A DNA stretch of 64,000 nucleotides, from positions 372,001-436,000 of the forward strand of contig NZ_JAJQXW010000003.1 of NCBI RefSeq assembly GCF_021246445.1, in the 5' to 3' direction. A model generated the notes under the pieces. It made no database searches, was not told where the DNA came from, and was given only the letters and a program-made list of their open reading frames with translations. Of the stretch, positions 47,892-58,188 are shown one piece after another. Made by a program: the position numbers and the translations under genes. The DNA is from Rhabdothermincola salaria. Its GTDB lineage: Bacteria > Actinomycetota > Acidimicrobiia > Acidimicrobiales > Acidimicrobilacustridaceae. Numbering within the stretch: the stretch's first letter is position 1; each line of letters opens with the position of its first letter.

Positions 47892-50114
47892 ATGGCCTCC
47901 CCCACCCCCCAGACGCTCGAACAGACCGAGCCCCGAGATCCACCGGGTCCCGTTCGCGACCGGCTCCTGGATGTCGTGCGCTCGATCGCGGTCGTCCGCG
48001 TCGTGCTCTGGCACACCTGGTCGTGGGCGTGGCTCAGCTGGATCCCGGCCATGCCCGCGATGTTCTTCGGGTCGGGCGCCCTCCTCGAGGCCTCGCTCGA
48101 GAAGCGAGGGTGGTGGGCCACGGTCCGTCGGCGGACGCGGCGCCTCTTGGTGCCCTTCTGGGTCTACGCCGCCGCGTGCTGGGCCCTGATGCTGGCGGTG
48201 GGTTGGCGACCGGACCCGGCCGACGCCGTCGGGTGGTTCGTCCCCCTCGTCGATCCCGTCGGCAGCGACGCCACCCCTGGCCTGTGGATCACGCTCTGGT
48301 ACGTGCGGGCCTACCTCTGGTTCGTGCTGGCCGCCGGGGTCCTCTCCTGGCTCCTCCGCCGCATCGGTCCCGCCGTCATCGCCCTGGCCGCTGCGGGCAC
48401 CTTCGCCCTGTGGCGGTGGCAGGAGTCCGGTGCCGAGGTCCCCCTCGAGCTCGGCGACGCCGTCACCTACGCCGCCTTCGTCCTGGCCGGCATGTGGTAC
48501 TGGCAGGGTGGTCGCCTGTCGCGGCCGGCCAGCGCTGTGCTGGCGGGCCTCGCCGCCGTCGCCGCCCTCTGGTGGTGGCAGCGGCTGGGGCCGGTCGACG
48601 GGGTCGTCAACCGGTCGTACCCGCTCATGGTGCTGGCGGGCACCGCCGGAATCGGTCTCGTGCTGCTCTTCCGCGCCCAGCTGGCCGGGGTGTCCGGCCT
48701 GACCGGTCGGGCCGTCGACCTCATCGGACGCCGGGCGCTCACCATCTACCTGTGGCAGGGGTTCGGCCTGGTGGCGGCCGAATGGTTGGTCGAGCCCCTC
48801 GAGGTACCGGCCGCGCTCGGGGCGGTGCTGGCGATCGCTGTGGTGGCGGCGGTGATCGTCGCAGCCGTGATCATCGTCGGTCCGATCGAGGACCTCGCCG
48901 CCGGCCGGAGCCAGGTGCGGACCTGGGATCGGACGGCGGCGCTGGCCGTGCCCGGCGTCGGACTGCTGCTCGGATCGCTGCTGGTGCCGATCGACCGGTC
49001 GGCTCCCGTTGACGGTCCCCTGTCGGGTCAGGCGGTGGTGGCCCGGGCCGGACTCGTCGAGGACTCGACCGGCGGTCCCGACGGTGGCTCGCTCTGGGAG
49101 GCCGGGATGACGGTCGCCGACGTCGTGAGCACCTGGGCCGTGCACCACACGGACGTGATCGACGACGTGGGCCTCACCCGCATCGAGGGGGCCTACGCCG
49201 CACCGGGGGGCCGGACGGTCGAGTTCGCCTGGGGCGCGGACGAGCCCGTGCGGTCCAGCTCGCTCGACGAACCCGGTACCCCTCTCGTCGATGCCGACGA
49301 CCCGATGGCCTGGTACTCGATCACCAAGGCCGCCACCACCACCTGGCTGCTCCGTTCCGTCGAAGCGGGCGTGGTGGCGCTCGACGAACCCATCGCCACC
49401 TGGGCGCCCGAGATCCCCAACGCCGACCGGATCACCCTCGAGCACCTGGCCCGTCACACCTCGGGCATCCCCAGCGAGCTCGACACCGACTTCTTCACCG
49501 CCGACCCGCAAGCCGACCTGGCGGCCTACACGGGACAACCGGAGCTCCTCTTCGAACCGGGCGAGGGGTTCGCCTACTCCCGCATCGGCTACCACGTGCT
49601 CGGTCTGGTGCTCGAGCGCGCCAACGCCACGACCTGGCGAACGGCCATGGAGGAGTTGGCCCGCGCCTCGGGGACCCGCCTGGAATTCGACGAAGACACC
49701 GATCCCGTCGACGGGGTCACGGACCCGGACGGCCACGGCTACCGCGGGATGCTCTGGGCCAGCGGCGGGCTCATGTCCACCGTGAGCGACGGTGCCCGGT
49801 TCTTCCAGTGGATGTTCACCGATGGCCTCAGCCGGGAGTCCCGGGAGCTGATGACGAGCTTCTCGTCCGATCCCGACTGGTGGTACTACGGGCTCGGCCT
49901 CATGCCGTTGTGCCCGTGCGAGTTCGAGGACGACAGGCTGCAGGCCAGCCGCTACGGGGTGGACGGCCCCGACGGCAGCATCGCCATCGACGGGGACACG
50001 GGCGCCACCGTGATGCTGCGCCCCGACTCCTGGTTCGACACGGCGGGCCCCGTCACCGAGCTGTACGAGCTCCAGCAGGGCATCCTCGACGCCCTCGCGG
50101 CCTCGGCGACCTGA
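47892..50114 (+). CDS. Fusion: acyltransferase-3 membrane domain + serine hydrolase/beta-lactamase-like domain
   Basis: LDVVRSIA..VVLWH, RRTRRLLVP, LWY, LTIYLWQ; then YSITK (SxxK), LARHTSG, FEPGEGFAYS. Confidence 0.85.
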   Translation: MASPTPQTLEQTEPRDPPGPVRDRLLDVVRSIAVVRVVLWHTWSWAWLSWIPAMPAMFFGSGALLEASLEKRGWWATVRRRTRRLLVPFWVYAAACWALMLAVGWRPDPADAVGWFVPLVDPVGSDATPGLWITLWYVRAYLWFVLAAGVLSWLLRRIGPAVIALAAAGTFALWRWQESGAEVPLELGDAVTYAAFVLAGMWYWQGGRLSRPASAVLAGLAAVAALWWWQRLGPVDGVVNRSYPLMVLAGTAGIGLVLLFRAQLAGVSGLTGRAVDLIGRRALTIYLWQGFGLVAAEWLVEPLEVPAALGAVLAIAVVAAVIVAAVIIVGPIEDLAAGRSQVRTWDRTAALAVPGVGLLLGSLLVPIDRSAPVDGPLSGQAVVARAGLVEDSTGGPDGGSLWEAGMTVADVVSTWAVHHTDVIDDVGLTRIEGAYAAPGGRTVEFAWGADEPVRSSSLDEPGTPLVDADDPMAWYSITKAATTTWLLRSVEAGVVALDEPIATWAPEIPNADRITLEHLARHTSGIPSELDTDFFTADPQADLAAYTGQPELLFEPGEGFAYSRIGYHVLGLVLERANATTWRTAMEELARASGTRLEFDEDTDPVDGVTDPDGHGYRGMLWASGGLMSTVSDGARFFQWMFTDGLSRESRELMTSFSSDPDWWYYGLGLMPLCPCEFEDDRLQASRYGVDGPDGSIAIDGDTGATVMLRPDSWFDTAGPVTELYELQQGILDALAASAT

Positions 50115-50172
50115 CCGTTGCCCAGCACCGCCGGGGTGCCGCCGGGTCGGCGGGCCCTGGTCGGTGCCCGAC

Positions 50173-51009
50173 TCACCGCGGGAGGAGCCGATGCAACCGT
50201 CCACGGACGCGGCTCGTCTGGTGGCGGGACACCACCCGTAGCGTCGCTCGACGGGCCGTGAGCCGCATCCGGGCGCCCTCCACCCCTCCCGGCCCGAAGC
50301 GCCGCACCATCTCGAGGGCGGCGCGCTGGTGGTCGCCGGGCGCCTGCCGAAAGGTCGTGTGGGTGTTGGCGTCGTGGTAGCGCTTCCGGGTGCTGGTGGT
50401 CGGCACCGACACCCAACCGGAGCGCAGGCCCACCGCCAGGGTCCAGGTCATGTCGACCCCCGGGTAGTCCCCGTACGGCTCCATGCCGATCCCGGCGGCC
50501 AGCACCTCACGGCGACGGAAGAGGCCACGGAACGGCTGCCACGCCTGCTGGGCGAGCGCCAGGTCGAGCACCTCCACCCCCTCGAGGAGGCCCGACCGAA
50601 TCGGCGGCGGCTGCCACGTGGTGGCCGTCGCACCGTCGGCCCTGACCCCGAGGACCCGTCCGAAGGCCAGCCACGCCGTCGGGTTCTCGGCCAGGCCGGC
50701 CCGGAGCGCGGGCACCCAGGACGCATCGAAGTCGTCGTCGTGCGGGAGCCAGGAGCAGAGATCGCCCGTGGCTCGTTCGACCAGGTCCTGGTAATGCTCG
50801 AACCAGGTCAACTCCTCGGCGCGCGCCAGGACCGTCACCCGGTCGTCGTCCGCCAGTCTGGCCGAGAGCACCTCGGCGGCGTCGTCCTCGACCGTTGCGT
50901 CCGAGATCAGCACCTCGGTCACCTCGGCGGGGAGTCGACGCACGTTGGCCTCGACGTTGTCGACCCACCGTCTCGACCGGTGAAGGGGGACCGCAACGGT
51001 GACGGTCAC
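50173..51009 (-). CDS. Glycosyltransferase family 2
   Basis: VTVAVP, VLISD, ATGD..WLPHDD; GTGA overlap with upstream stop. Confidence 0.8.
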   Translation of the reverse strand: MTVTVAVPLHRSRRWVDNVEANVRRLPAEVTEVLISDATVEDDAAEVLSARLADDDRVTVLARAEELTWFEHYQDLVERATGDLCSWLPHDDDFDASWVPALRAGLAENPTAWLAFGRVLGVRADGATATTWQPPPIRSGLLEGVEVLDLALAQQAWQPFRGLFRRREVLAAGIGMEPYGDYPGVDMTWTLAVGLRSGWVSVPTTSTRKRYHDANTHTTFRQAPGDHQRAALEMVRRFGPGGVEGARMRLTARRATLRVVSRHQTSRVRGRLHRLLPR

Positions 51010-52259
51010 GACCTCACCTGCGGCGAACCAGGGCCGAGGAGGGAGGCCACCTGGTGGGCGAAGAGCGGTGCCGTGGTGAACTTGCCGGTGTCGACGGACA
51101 CGTACCCATCGTGGTCGTGCACGCCGATGGCGTCGCGTCGGTGCAGCTCCGACGACGGTTGGTCGATGTCGCGCTCGCCCCACGCCACGATGACCCCAGC
51201 GGCCACCGCGTCGACACGCAGCGCGGCCAGGGCCGGCACGTGCCGGGCCAGTCCGGCCACCGTGCGCCGGGCGAGATCGACCTGGCTCCCCGCAGGGTCC
51301 TCACCGTGGATCGCCGGCAACCACGACGAGGGTGGCTCGAGGTCGTCCGACCATCCCGCGAGGCATTCCGGATACCAGGAGGCGTACACCCGGCCGTCTT
51401 GTCTTCGCACGACGTCGCCGAAGGGTCCGAGCACCAGCGTCGCGCTCGGAAGCGCGGGAACCGATGGGGGGAGCACGCCCTGCACCGCGTACTTCAGCCG
51501 GTAGGAACAGGGCCGGTCGGCCGCGATGCCCATCGACGCATCGATGGCGAGACGCCCGCCCCAGAGGCAGTTGACCACGGCATCGGCCTCCCATCGCCGC
51601 GAACCACCGTCCGTCGTGGTCCCACGGACCGCGAAGCCCGCGGGACCCGAGGTGACCTCCCGGACCTCGACGCCCCCACACACCTCGACGCCCGCGGGGG
51701 CGAGCGCACCGACGAGGTGGCCGCGCAGGACGTGAGGATCGACCGCCCGTTCCTCGGTGGCGAAGGCGGCGACGACCCGGTTGCCGAACCCCCGGGCCTC
51801 GAGGTCGGTCACGGCGAGCGTCGGCGCGAGAGCGGTCGAGCCCAGATACGTGGGTGTGCCGTCGCCCCCGGCGAGGAGATCGGCCACGCGATCGTCGACC
51901 CAGGCGTAGTGCTCGGCCAGCCGGTCGGGGGCCACCATCGTGTCCTCGAGCACGCCGTACACGAAAGGCTCGGAGCGCACCGCGGCCCACTCGACCGGCG
52001 AGGCTGACCACGAGTCGATGAGCGACGAGAAGCGAACGGCCGCCGTGGCCATGAGGTCCGCGGTGGCCCGCCCGGCGTCGTTGGCGTAGACGTGGCCGAG
52101 GTGGATCTTGCCCTCCCCGCGCAGGCTCGTCGCCGACCACGGCGCCCACGTGCGGTCGAGGATCGCCACCTGCCACCCCCGTCGAGCGAGGGCCAACGAC
52201 ACGCAGGTCCCCTGGATCCCACCCCCCAGCACGACGGCCCGCCGCGACGGCGAGAACAT
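51006..52259 (-). CDS. FAD-dependent oxidoreductase (DAO-like)
   Basis: VVLGGGIQG Rossmann, GEGKIHLG, TGKFTTAP; start uncertain. Confidence 0.85.
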   Translation of the reverse strand: MFSPSRRAVVLGGGIQGTCVSLALARRGWQVAILDRTWAPWSATSLRGEGKIHLGHVYANDAGRATADLMATAAVRFSSLIDSWSASPVEWAAVRSEPFVYGVLEDTMVAPDRLAEHYAWVDDRVADLLAGGDGTPTYLGSTALAPTLAVTDLEARGFGNRVVAAFATEERAVDPHVLRGHLVGALAPAGVEVCGGVEVREVTSGPAGFAVRGTTTDGGSRRWEADAVVNCLWGGRLAIDASMGIAADRPCSYRLKYAVQGVLPPSVPALPSATLVLGPFGDVVRRQDGRVYASWYPECLAGWSDDLEPPSSWLPAIHGEDPAGSQVDLARRTVAGLARHVPALAALRVDAVAAGVIVAWGERDIDQPSSELHRRDAIGVHDHDGYVSVDTGKFTTAPLFAHQVASLLGPGSPQVRS

Positions 52260-52263
52260 GGCG

Positions 52264-54168
52264 CTATCCACGGTCCTTCGCGTCGCCAGGGTGATGGACA
52301 CGTGCCGCCCGACCCAGCCGGGTCTCGCGCAGCGCCCGCACCCGATCGGCCCACGCCGGCCGGTTGAGCGCGGGGATCCGGCTGCCGAGCGCCAGGCCCA
52401 GCAGCACGCCGAGCGAGACACCCACCATGGTGGCCACGGTGGTGACCATGGCGCTGATCCCCTCGATCTGGTCGTCACCGAAGATGCGGGTGATCCCCTC
52501 GAGCCCGAGGGCTCCCGGCACCAGCAGCCAGAAGCCCGGCAGGAACGACACGAGCATGGCCGGGCCGTCCTCCTGTCGGGCCGCCAGCATGGCGATGGGG
52601 GTCATGGCCACGGCCCCGAAGAACGCCGAGAGGGTGCCCCCGAAGAAGAGCCCACCGATCACCTGACCGGCGTAGGCCACGTAGAGCACCAGCAGGATCC
52701 AGCGCAGCGACTCGGTGCGGGCGCCGTAGAAGACGTACACCCCGAACCCGAACACGGCCACGCCCAGCCAGGCGGCGGCCACGCCCAGCGGGTTGGTGGG
52801 CGTCTCGCCGATGACCGAGGCGGGGAACCCGACCAGCTGGGCACCGGCGACGATCCCGAGGGCCAACAGCACGAGCTGCATCAACCCCGACGCCAGGCGA
52901 CCGGCACCCGAGATCACGTGGCCGCTCGACAGCTCGAGCACGCCGGTGGTGAGCAGCCCACCGGGCAGGAAGGTGACCAGGGGGGCCACGAGCGGGGCGA
53001 ACACCGACAGGTCGGACCACACCCGACCGAGCGCCAGCACGACCACCGTCACCGTGAAGGCGGCGAGCAGGGGCCAGAAGGCCTGGTAGTTGCGGATCTC
53101 GCGGCTCGTGGTGCGGGCCAGGGCGATCTGCAGGGCGCCGACGCCCACCCCCAGGACGGCGCCGAGCAGCAGGTCGGCCCAGCTGCCCCGCAGCAACAAG
53201 ACGAGGCCGACCGTGAAGATGGTGGCCCCGAGCAGCCGCACCGGGGGGCTGAACCGCGGCGGCAGCGTGCGGGCCCGGGCGATGGCCGCCAGACCCTCGA
53301 GCGGGGTGACCTCGCCGCGCTCGGCCCGGCGCACCAGGCGGAACAGCTCGTCGCTCTGGTCCATGGTGAGCTTCGACGTGCCCGCCGTGCGCACCTCGGT
53401 CTGGACGTCGGTCCCGTGGGGCACGGAGAGGATGAGGGCCGTGGGCAGCACGACGGCGCCCAGGCCGAAGATGCCGTTCACCTCGGCGATGTCCTCGAGC
53501 GTCTGGGCGGTGTTGGCGCTCGACTCCCCGGCGTCGATGAGGGCCTGGCCCATCTCGAGCAGGAAGTGCAGGGCCTGCAGCTCCTCGGGGCTGCCGGGCA
53601 CCGCCACCGGCGCGTCGACGACGGGCCCGCTCGCCTCGGACTCGGCTGCGGGACGCGCCTGCGGCTCCTCGGCGGTGCGCCGCGGCCGCGCCGGGGCCGG
53701 CGCCGGCGCCCGTCGCAGCGCCATCCACACCAGCACGGCCACGGCCACGAGGACCGCCCCGGCGAAGACCACGGAACCCACCGGGATCGTGGACGTCTGC
53801 ACGGCTGGACGAGTGGCCGGGCGGGGTTCGAGCGTGGTGGTGGGCTCGGGCTCGGTCGTGTCGGTCGGCGTCGTGGTCGCCGTGGTCGCCGTGCTCTCCG
53901 GCGACTCGGTGGTGGAGGTGGTCTCCGACGTCGTCGAGGTCGTCGCCTCGGTCGTGGAGGTGGTGGACGTCGGGGAGGTCGTGTCCGACCTGGCCGTGGT
54001 CGTCGAGGTCGTCTCGACGACCGCGACCGGGTCCACGGCCGTCGTGGGTTCCTGGGCGGCGACCGACGTCGCCGTGCCGAGCGCGGCCACCGCGAAGAGG
54101 GCGGCGAGGAGGACCCCCCTCGTCCACGGCGATCGTCGTCCGGATCCGGTCGTCGGGAGAAGGTGCAT
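52264..54168 (-). CDS. ThrE threonine/serine exporter family protein with N-terminal signal peptide and Thr-rich extension
   Basis: MGQALIDAG, LPGG..T..V.EL..G..ISG..RL, LLVPG ThrE motifs; AQEPTT...TTTSTT extracellular stalk. Confidence 0.85.
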   Translation of the reverse strand: MHLLPTTGSGRRSPWTRGVLLAALFAVAALGTATSVAAQEPTTAVDPVAVVETTSTTTARSDTTSPTSTTSTTEATTSTTSETTSTTESPESTATTATTTPTDTTEPEPTTTLEPRPATRPAVQTSTIPVGSVVFAGAVLVAVAVLVWMALRRAPAPAPARPRRTAEEPQARPAAESEASGPVVDAPVAVPGSPEELQALHFLLEMGQALIDAGESSANTAQTLEDIAEVNGIFGLGAVVLPTALILSVPHGTDVQTEVRTAGTSKLTMDQSDELFRLVRRAERGEVTPLEGLAAIARARTLPPRFSPPVRLLGATIFTVGLVLLLRGSWADLLLGAVLGVGVGALQIALARTTSREIRNYQAFWPLLAAFTVTVVVLALGRVWSDLSVFAPLVAPLVTFLPGGLLTTGVLELSSGHVISGAGRLASGLMQLVLLALGIVAGAQLVGFPASVIGETPTNPLGVAAAWLGVAVFGFGVYVFYGARTESLRWILLVLYVAYAGQVIGGLFFGGTLSAFFGAVAMTPIAMLAARQEDGPAMLVSFLPGFWLLVPGALGLEGITRIFGDDQIEGISAMVTTVATMVGVSLGVLLGLALGSRIPALNRPAWADRVRALRETRLGRAARVHHPGDAKDRG

Positions 54169-54225
54169 GACCCGAGCGACCTTAGAGGGGTGCGAGGCCT
54201 CGCCGCCCTCGGGTCCCGGTCGTCC

Positions 54226-54702
54226 TCAGGTGAGCACGGACTCGATGCGCTCGAGGGTGGCGGCCATGTTCTTGCGGGTCTGGTCGGCCAGGCGGCGCAC
54301 GAACGGCCGGCTGACCGGCGACTCCTGGCGGATGTCCCAGCTCTCGCGCACCAGGGTGCCGCCGTCGACCGGTTCGAGCTCGTAGCGCCAGATGCGCCCG
54401 GCCACGTGCTGTCCGATGCGGCCCGGACCACGCGTCTGCCAGGCGATGCGACGGTCGGGCTCGAACTCCACGACCTCCGAGACCATGGAGTACGGGATGC
54501 CCATCTTCATGGACATGCCGAACGTGGCGCCGAGGGCCAGCTGCTGCGACCCGGTCTTGGCGTCACGCACCGTTCCCGAGCCGTCGATCTCGTGGTGGCG
54601 GCTCGGGTCGGCCAGCAGGGCGAAGATGGCGCCGGCATCGGCGGGGATGACCCGCTCGACGCTCACCACGTCGTCGGATCCGGTCTGGTCGGTGTCGCTC
54701 AT
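54226..54702 (-). CDS. SRPBCC family protein
   Basis: VSVERVIPA, IDGSGTV, FEPDRRIAW, WRYEL. Confidence 0.88.
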   Translation of the reverse strand: MSDTDQTGSDDVVSVERVIPADAGAIFALLADPSRHHEIDGSGTVRDAKTGSQQLALGATFGMSMKMGIPYSMVSEVVEFEPDRRIAWQTRGPGRIGQHVAGRIWRYELEPVDGGTLVRESWDIRQESPVSRPFVRRLADQTRKNMAATLERIESVLT

Positions 54703-54799
54703 GGGCGCACGCTACCCACGCGCCCCGACCGCGCCTCGGTTCGAGGCATCGATGCCCGATCGGGGACGGCCCCCGATCGGACACCGTGGCCTCGGCCGT

Positions 54800-55630
54800 T
54801 CAGCTGCGGGTGCTGGTGCGGTAGTCGCCGAACTTGGCGTCGCGCTCGCTGAGAGCCGTCGTGAGGCCCTTCTCCTGGCTGGCGGCCACGAAGTCGGCCA
54901 TGGCCTGGGTGTGGGTGCCGAGCGCGCAGAGCTCGGTCCCGGCTCGGATGCCGGACCGCAGACCCATGTGCTCCATCTGGCGGTGCACGACGCGCTTGTT
55001 GAGCTGCACCACCTCGGGCGGCAGGGCGGCGATGCGCTCGGCCATCTTGATGGCCTCGGCGTCGAGCTCGTCGGCCGGGAAGGCCCGGTTGGCCCACCCC
55101 TCGGCCACCGCCTCGATCCCCGTGACGGAGTCGCCGGTGACCATCATCTCCATGGCCCGCCGCATGCCCAGGAACCAGGGGTGGAAGTGCATGTCCGGCA
55201 CCCCGAAGCGCACGGCCGGGTAGCCCATCTGGGCGTCCTCGGCGATGTAGACGAGGTCGCAGCAGGTGGCCAGCTCGCTGCCGCCGGCCAGGCAGAAGCC
55301 GTGCACCTGGGCGATGACCGGTTTGGCCAGGTCCCAGATGCCCATCCAGCCCTCGGTGACGTGCCGGGGCCACTGCCCGTCGCCCCCCGGTGTGTAGAAC
55401 GGGTATTCGTGGCCCTCGTTGCCGTCGCCGAGGTCGTAGCCGGCCGAGAACGACGGGCCCGCCCCCCGCACGATCTGCACGTGCACGTCGTCGTCCTGGT
55501 CGCCGGCCTGCAGGGCCTCGAGGATCGCTCCTCGCAACGGGTGGTTGAGCGCGTTGCGCTTCTCCGGCCGGTTCATGGTGATGCGCCGCACATGAGGCGC
55601 GGGCTCGTCGACGATGACCCACTCGGTCAT
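54800..55630 (-). CDS. Enoyl-CoA hydratase/isomerase
   Basis: MNRPEKRNAL, FSAGYDL, KPVIAQVHGFCLAGG. Confidence 0.92.
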   Translation of the reverse strand: MTEWVIVDEPAPHVRRITMNRPEKRNALNHPLRGAILEALQAGDQDDDVHVQIVRGAGPSFSAGYDLGDGNEGHEYPFYTPGGDGQWPRHVTEGWMGIWDLAKPVIAQVHGFCLAGGSELATCCDLVYIAEDAQMGYPAVRFGVPDMHFHPWFLGMRRAMEMMVTGDSVTGIEAVAEGWANRAFPADELDAEAIKMAERIAALPPEVVQLNKRVVHRQMEHMGLRSGIRAGTELCALGTHTQAMADFVAASQEKGLTTALSERDAKFGDYRTSTRS

Positions 55631-55742
55631 GGATGTCCCCCCTGGGTTGTGGAACGCGCCGCGTCGGCGCGCGTGGTCGACGCATCTTGCCAGGGCGCCG
55701 ACGCACCCGGCTCCGGCGGCCCCGGAGCGGGCTACTTCGCCG

Positions 55743-56663
55743 CTACTTGGGGATCACGCCGCCGGCGGCGAGCCAGCGAGAGATCACGTCCTGGGCCTCG
55801 GCCGGCGAGTACACGTCCTCCTCGTAGCTCCACTTGCCGTTGCCGGCGTAGTGCAGGATCGTGTTCACGTCGAAGCCGTAGTAGCCGTCGTCGCCCTCCG
55901 GCGCCGGCAAGATGTTGGGGATGAGCGCGCTCACCCGGTTGCCGTCGACCGTGAAGTAGCTGACCGGGAACTCCATGGTGGGGAAGGGCTGCATCACGCC
56001 GTTGATCCAGTCGCGGATCTCCTGCTGGCCCTTGAAGTAGCCGTAGTGGTGCTCGCGGTACTCGGCGTCGTCGGTGAACTGGTCGGCCCACTGGTTCCAG
56101 TCGCCCGTGGCCACCGCGATCGATCCCCGCTCGCGGTACTTGGCGAACTCGGCCTCGATCTCGTCGCGGGGGAACGCCGGCTCCGGCACGGGCGGTGACC
56201 ACCCGTCGATCCCCTGCAGCGAACGGTCCTGCGGGGTCGATCGGCGACCACCCGCCTTGAGCCACTCGCCGAACACCCGGCCGGCGTCCTCGGGGTTGTA
56301 GTAGTCGCCCTCGAAGCTGAACTTCCCGTCGCCGGCGTACTCGAGGAACGTGGTGTTGGGGAAGCCGAAGCGCTGGCCGGTGCCCGTCGGGTCCGGCAGG
56401 TTGTTCCAGATGTAGAAGCTGATGCGGTTGCCGTCGATGGCGTACCACTCGATCCACAGCGTCATGGACGGGTAGTCGGCCATGCAGTCGACGATCCACC
56501 GCTCGATCTCGGCCCGACCGTGGAACACCCCGAGGTTGTGCTCCTCGTAGAGCGCGTCCTCGGTGAACAGCTGGGCCCAGGCCGGCCAGTCGTGCGTCTC
56601 GACGCCACGACGCCGGAACTCGGCGAACGCCGCCTCGATCTCTTCGCGCGGATACTCGGTCAT
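55743..56663 (-). CDS. Tandem SnoaL/NTF2-like domain protein
   Basis: Two repeats PRE/DEIEA..W...FT.DA.Y.EH..G...YAG.GK.S.E.D.Y. Confidence 0.85.
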   Translation of the reverse strand: MTEYPREEIEAAFAEFRRRGVETHDWPAWAQLFTEDALYEEHNLGVFHGRAEIERWIVDCMADYPSMTLWIEWYAIDGNRISFYIWNNLPDPTGTGQRFGFPNTTFLEYAGDGKFSFEGDYYNPEDAGRVFGEWLKAGGRRSTPQDRSLQGIDGWSPPVPEPAFPRDEIEAEFAKYRERGSIAVATGDWNQWADQFTDDAEYREHHYGYFKGQQEIRDWINGVMQPFPTMEFPVSYFTVDGNRVSALIPNILPAPEGDDGYYGFDVNTILHYAGNGKWSYEEDVYSPAEAQDVISRWLAAGGVIPK

Positions 56664-56898
56664 CTCGGTTCCCCCGAACTCGTACGGGCCCGTCGAGCGG
56701 ACGGCATCGAGCCGCGCCCCATCGGACCTCCCCCAAGGGGGCCAACCTACCGGCCCGACGGCGGGGGCGCTCGGGCGGGAGGGCGCGGGCCGCCTCAGGG
56801 AAGCTCGGCGACGACGTCGAGCGCGGCGGCGGGCGGGAACGGCAACGCCGACGATTCCCCCGTTGGCCGACACCGACCCGAACGGCGACGCCCCGGGG

Positions 56899-58188
56899 TC
56901 AGGCAGTCGCGGTGCGATGGCGGCCCAGGGCCTCGAGGCGGGCGATGAGGTCGTCGGTGCGGGTCTCGGCGGCGATGGACTCGGCCAGGCGGCGGGCGGC
57001 GTACCGGTAGGTGTCGTCGGCGAGCACCCGCTCGACCGCGGCGGCGATGCGGGGGGCGCCGGCCCGGGGTGGGAGGCGGACCCCGGCGCCGGCGTGCACC
57101 ACTCGGGCCGCCGTGTCGTTCTGGTCGCGGCCCATCGGCAGGCACACCAACGGCACGCCCGCGGCCAACGCCTTCATCGTGGTGCCGTGACCGCAGTGGC
57201 TGATGGCCAGGGCGGCGTCGCGCAGCAGCGGCCCGTGGGGGGTGGAGGGCACCACCGCCACGTTGGGTGCCGCCGGCACCTCGTCGGCCTCGACGGCCCC
57301 GCCCAGGGTGACCACGCCCCGCACGGGCAGACGGGAGAGCGCCTCCACCACCCTTCGCAGCTGGGCGGCCTGGTCCTGGAACGTGGTGCTGAACCCCACC
57401 AGCACCAGGGGGTCGTCGGGATCGCCGACGAGCGGCGACGTCCACTCCCCGGCCGGGTCGGGCTCGTCGAGGACGGGGCCCACATAGGTGACCTCCTCAC
57501 CCAACGTCGGCGCGGCGAAGTCGAAGGTCGGGCTGGTCAGCACGTAGATCCCGTCGGCGCCGAGCACCTGGTCCCACAGCGAGGCGAGCGGGGTGAGCCC
57601 GTGCTGGGCCCGGACCGCGTTGAACGCACTGCGATCCTTCTGGAAGATCCGGTTCGTCATCAACCGCATGAGGTCATCGCGCCGCCGGCCGGCGAAGGTG
57701 CGGGCCGGGGCGAAACCGGGGCCGATGGTGGGACACCCCGGCGTGGGCAGCATCCAGATGTTGGGCACCAGCACGGCGACCGGCCGTCCCGCCCCCTGGG
57801 CGCCGGCCATGGCCCCGAGGATCAACGAGTCGACCAGCACCACGTCGGGGTCCACGACGTCGACCACCGCCCTGGTGTCCGCCGCGAAGGCCGCCGCCGG
57901 GCCGGTCATGAACCGGTCGCGGACGTTGCGGAGCATGGCGATGGGGCTGGACACCTCCCAGTCGCGCAGGACCTCGTCGCGCGGGTCGTGCGTGCGGCGG
58001 TGCGGTGCGGTCGTCCACGGGGAGAACCCGGCCCCGACGGCCTGGGCCCGGTCGCAGACGGTCGGGTCGGCCAGCACGTGCACGCGGTGGCCCCGTTCCA
58101 GGAGGCGTCGGGCCACCGCCAGCTGGGGAGCCACGTTGCCGCCACCGTCCCAGGTGGCCAACAGGTAGGAGCGGGTCGGTTCCGTCAT
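56899..58188 (-). CDS. GT1 (MGT/UDP-glycosyltransferase) family glycosyltransferase
   Basis: GGGNV, ISHCGHGT, GVPLV..P..RDQ motif. Confidence 0.9.
   Translation of the reverse strand: MTEPTRSYLLATWDGGGNVAPQLAVARRLLERGHRVHVLADPTVCDRAQAVGAGFSPWTTAPHRRTHDPRDEVLRDWEVSSPIAMLRNVRDRFMTGPAAAFAADTRAVVDVVDPDVVLVDSLILGAMAGAQGAGRPVAVLVPNIWMLPTPGCPTIGPGFAPARTFAGRRRDDLMRLMTNRIFQKDRSAFNAVRAQHGLTPLASLWDQVLGADGIYVLTSPTFDFAAPTLGEEVTYVGPVLDEPDPAGEWTSPLVGDPDDPLVLVGFSTTFQDQAAQLRRVVEALSRLPVRGVVTLGGAVEADEVPAAPNVAVVPSTPHGPLLRDAALAISHCGHGTTMKALAAGVPLVCLPMGRDQNDTAARVVHAGAGVRLPPRAGAPRIAAAVERVLADDTYRYAARRLAESIAAETRTDDLIARLEALGRHRTATA

Noticed and set aside
49200..50114. Beta-lactam resistance gene
   Set aside because: Only SxxK is intact; YxN and KTG are degenerate and the domain is fused to an acyltransferase, so an esterase-like role is more likely
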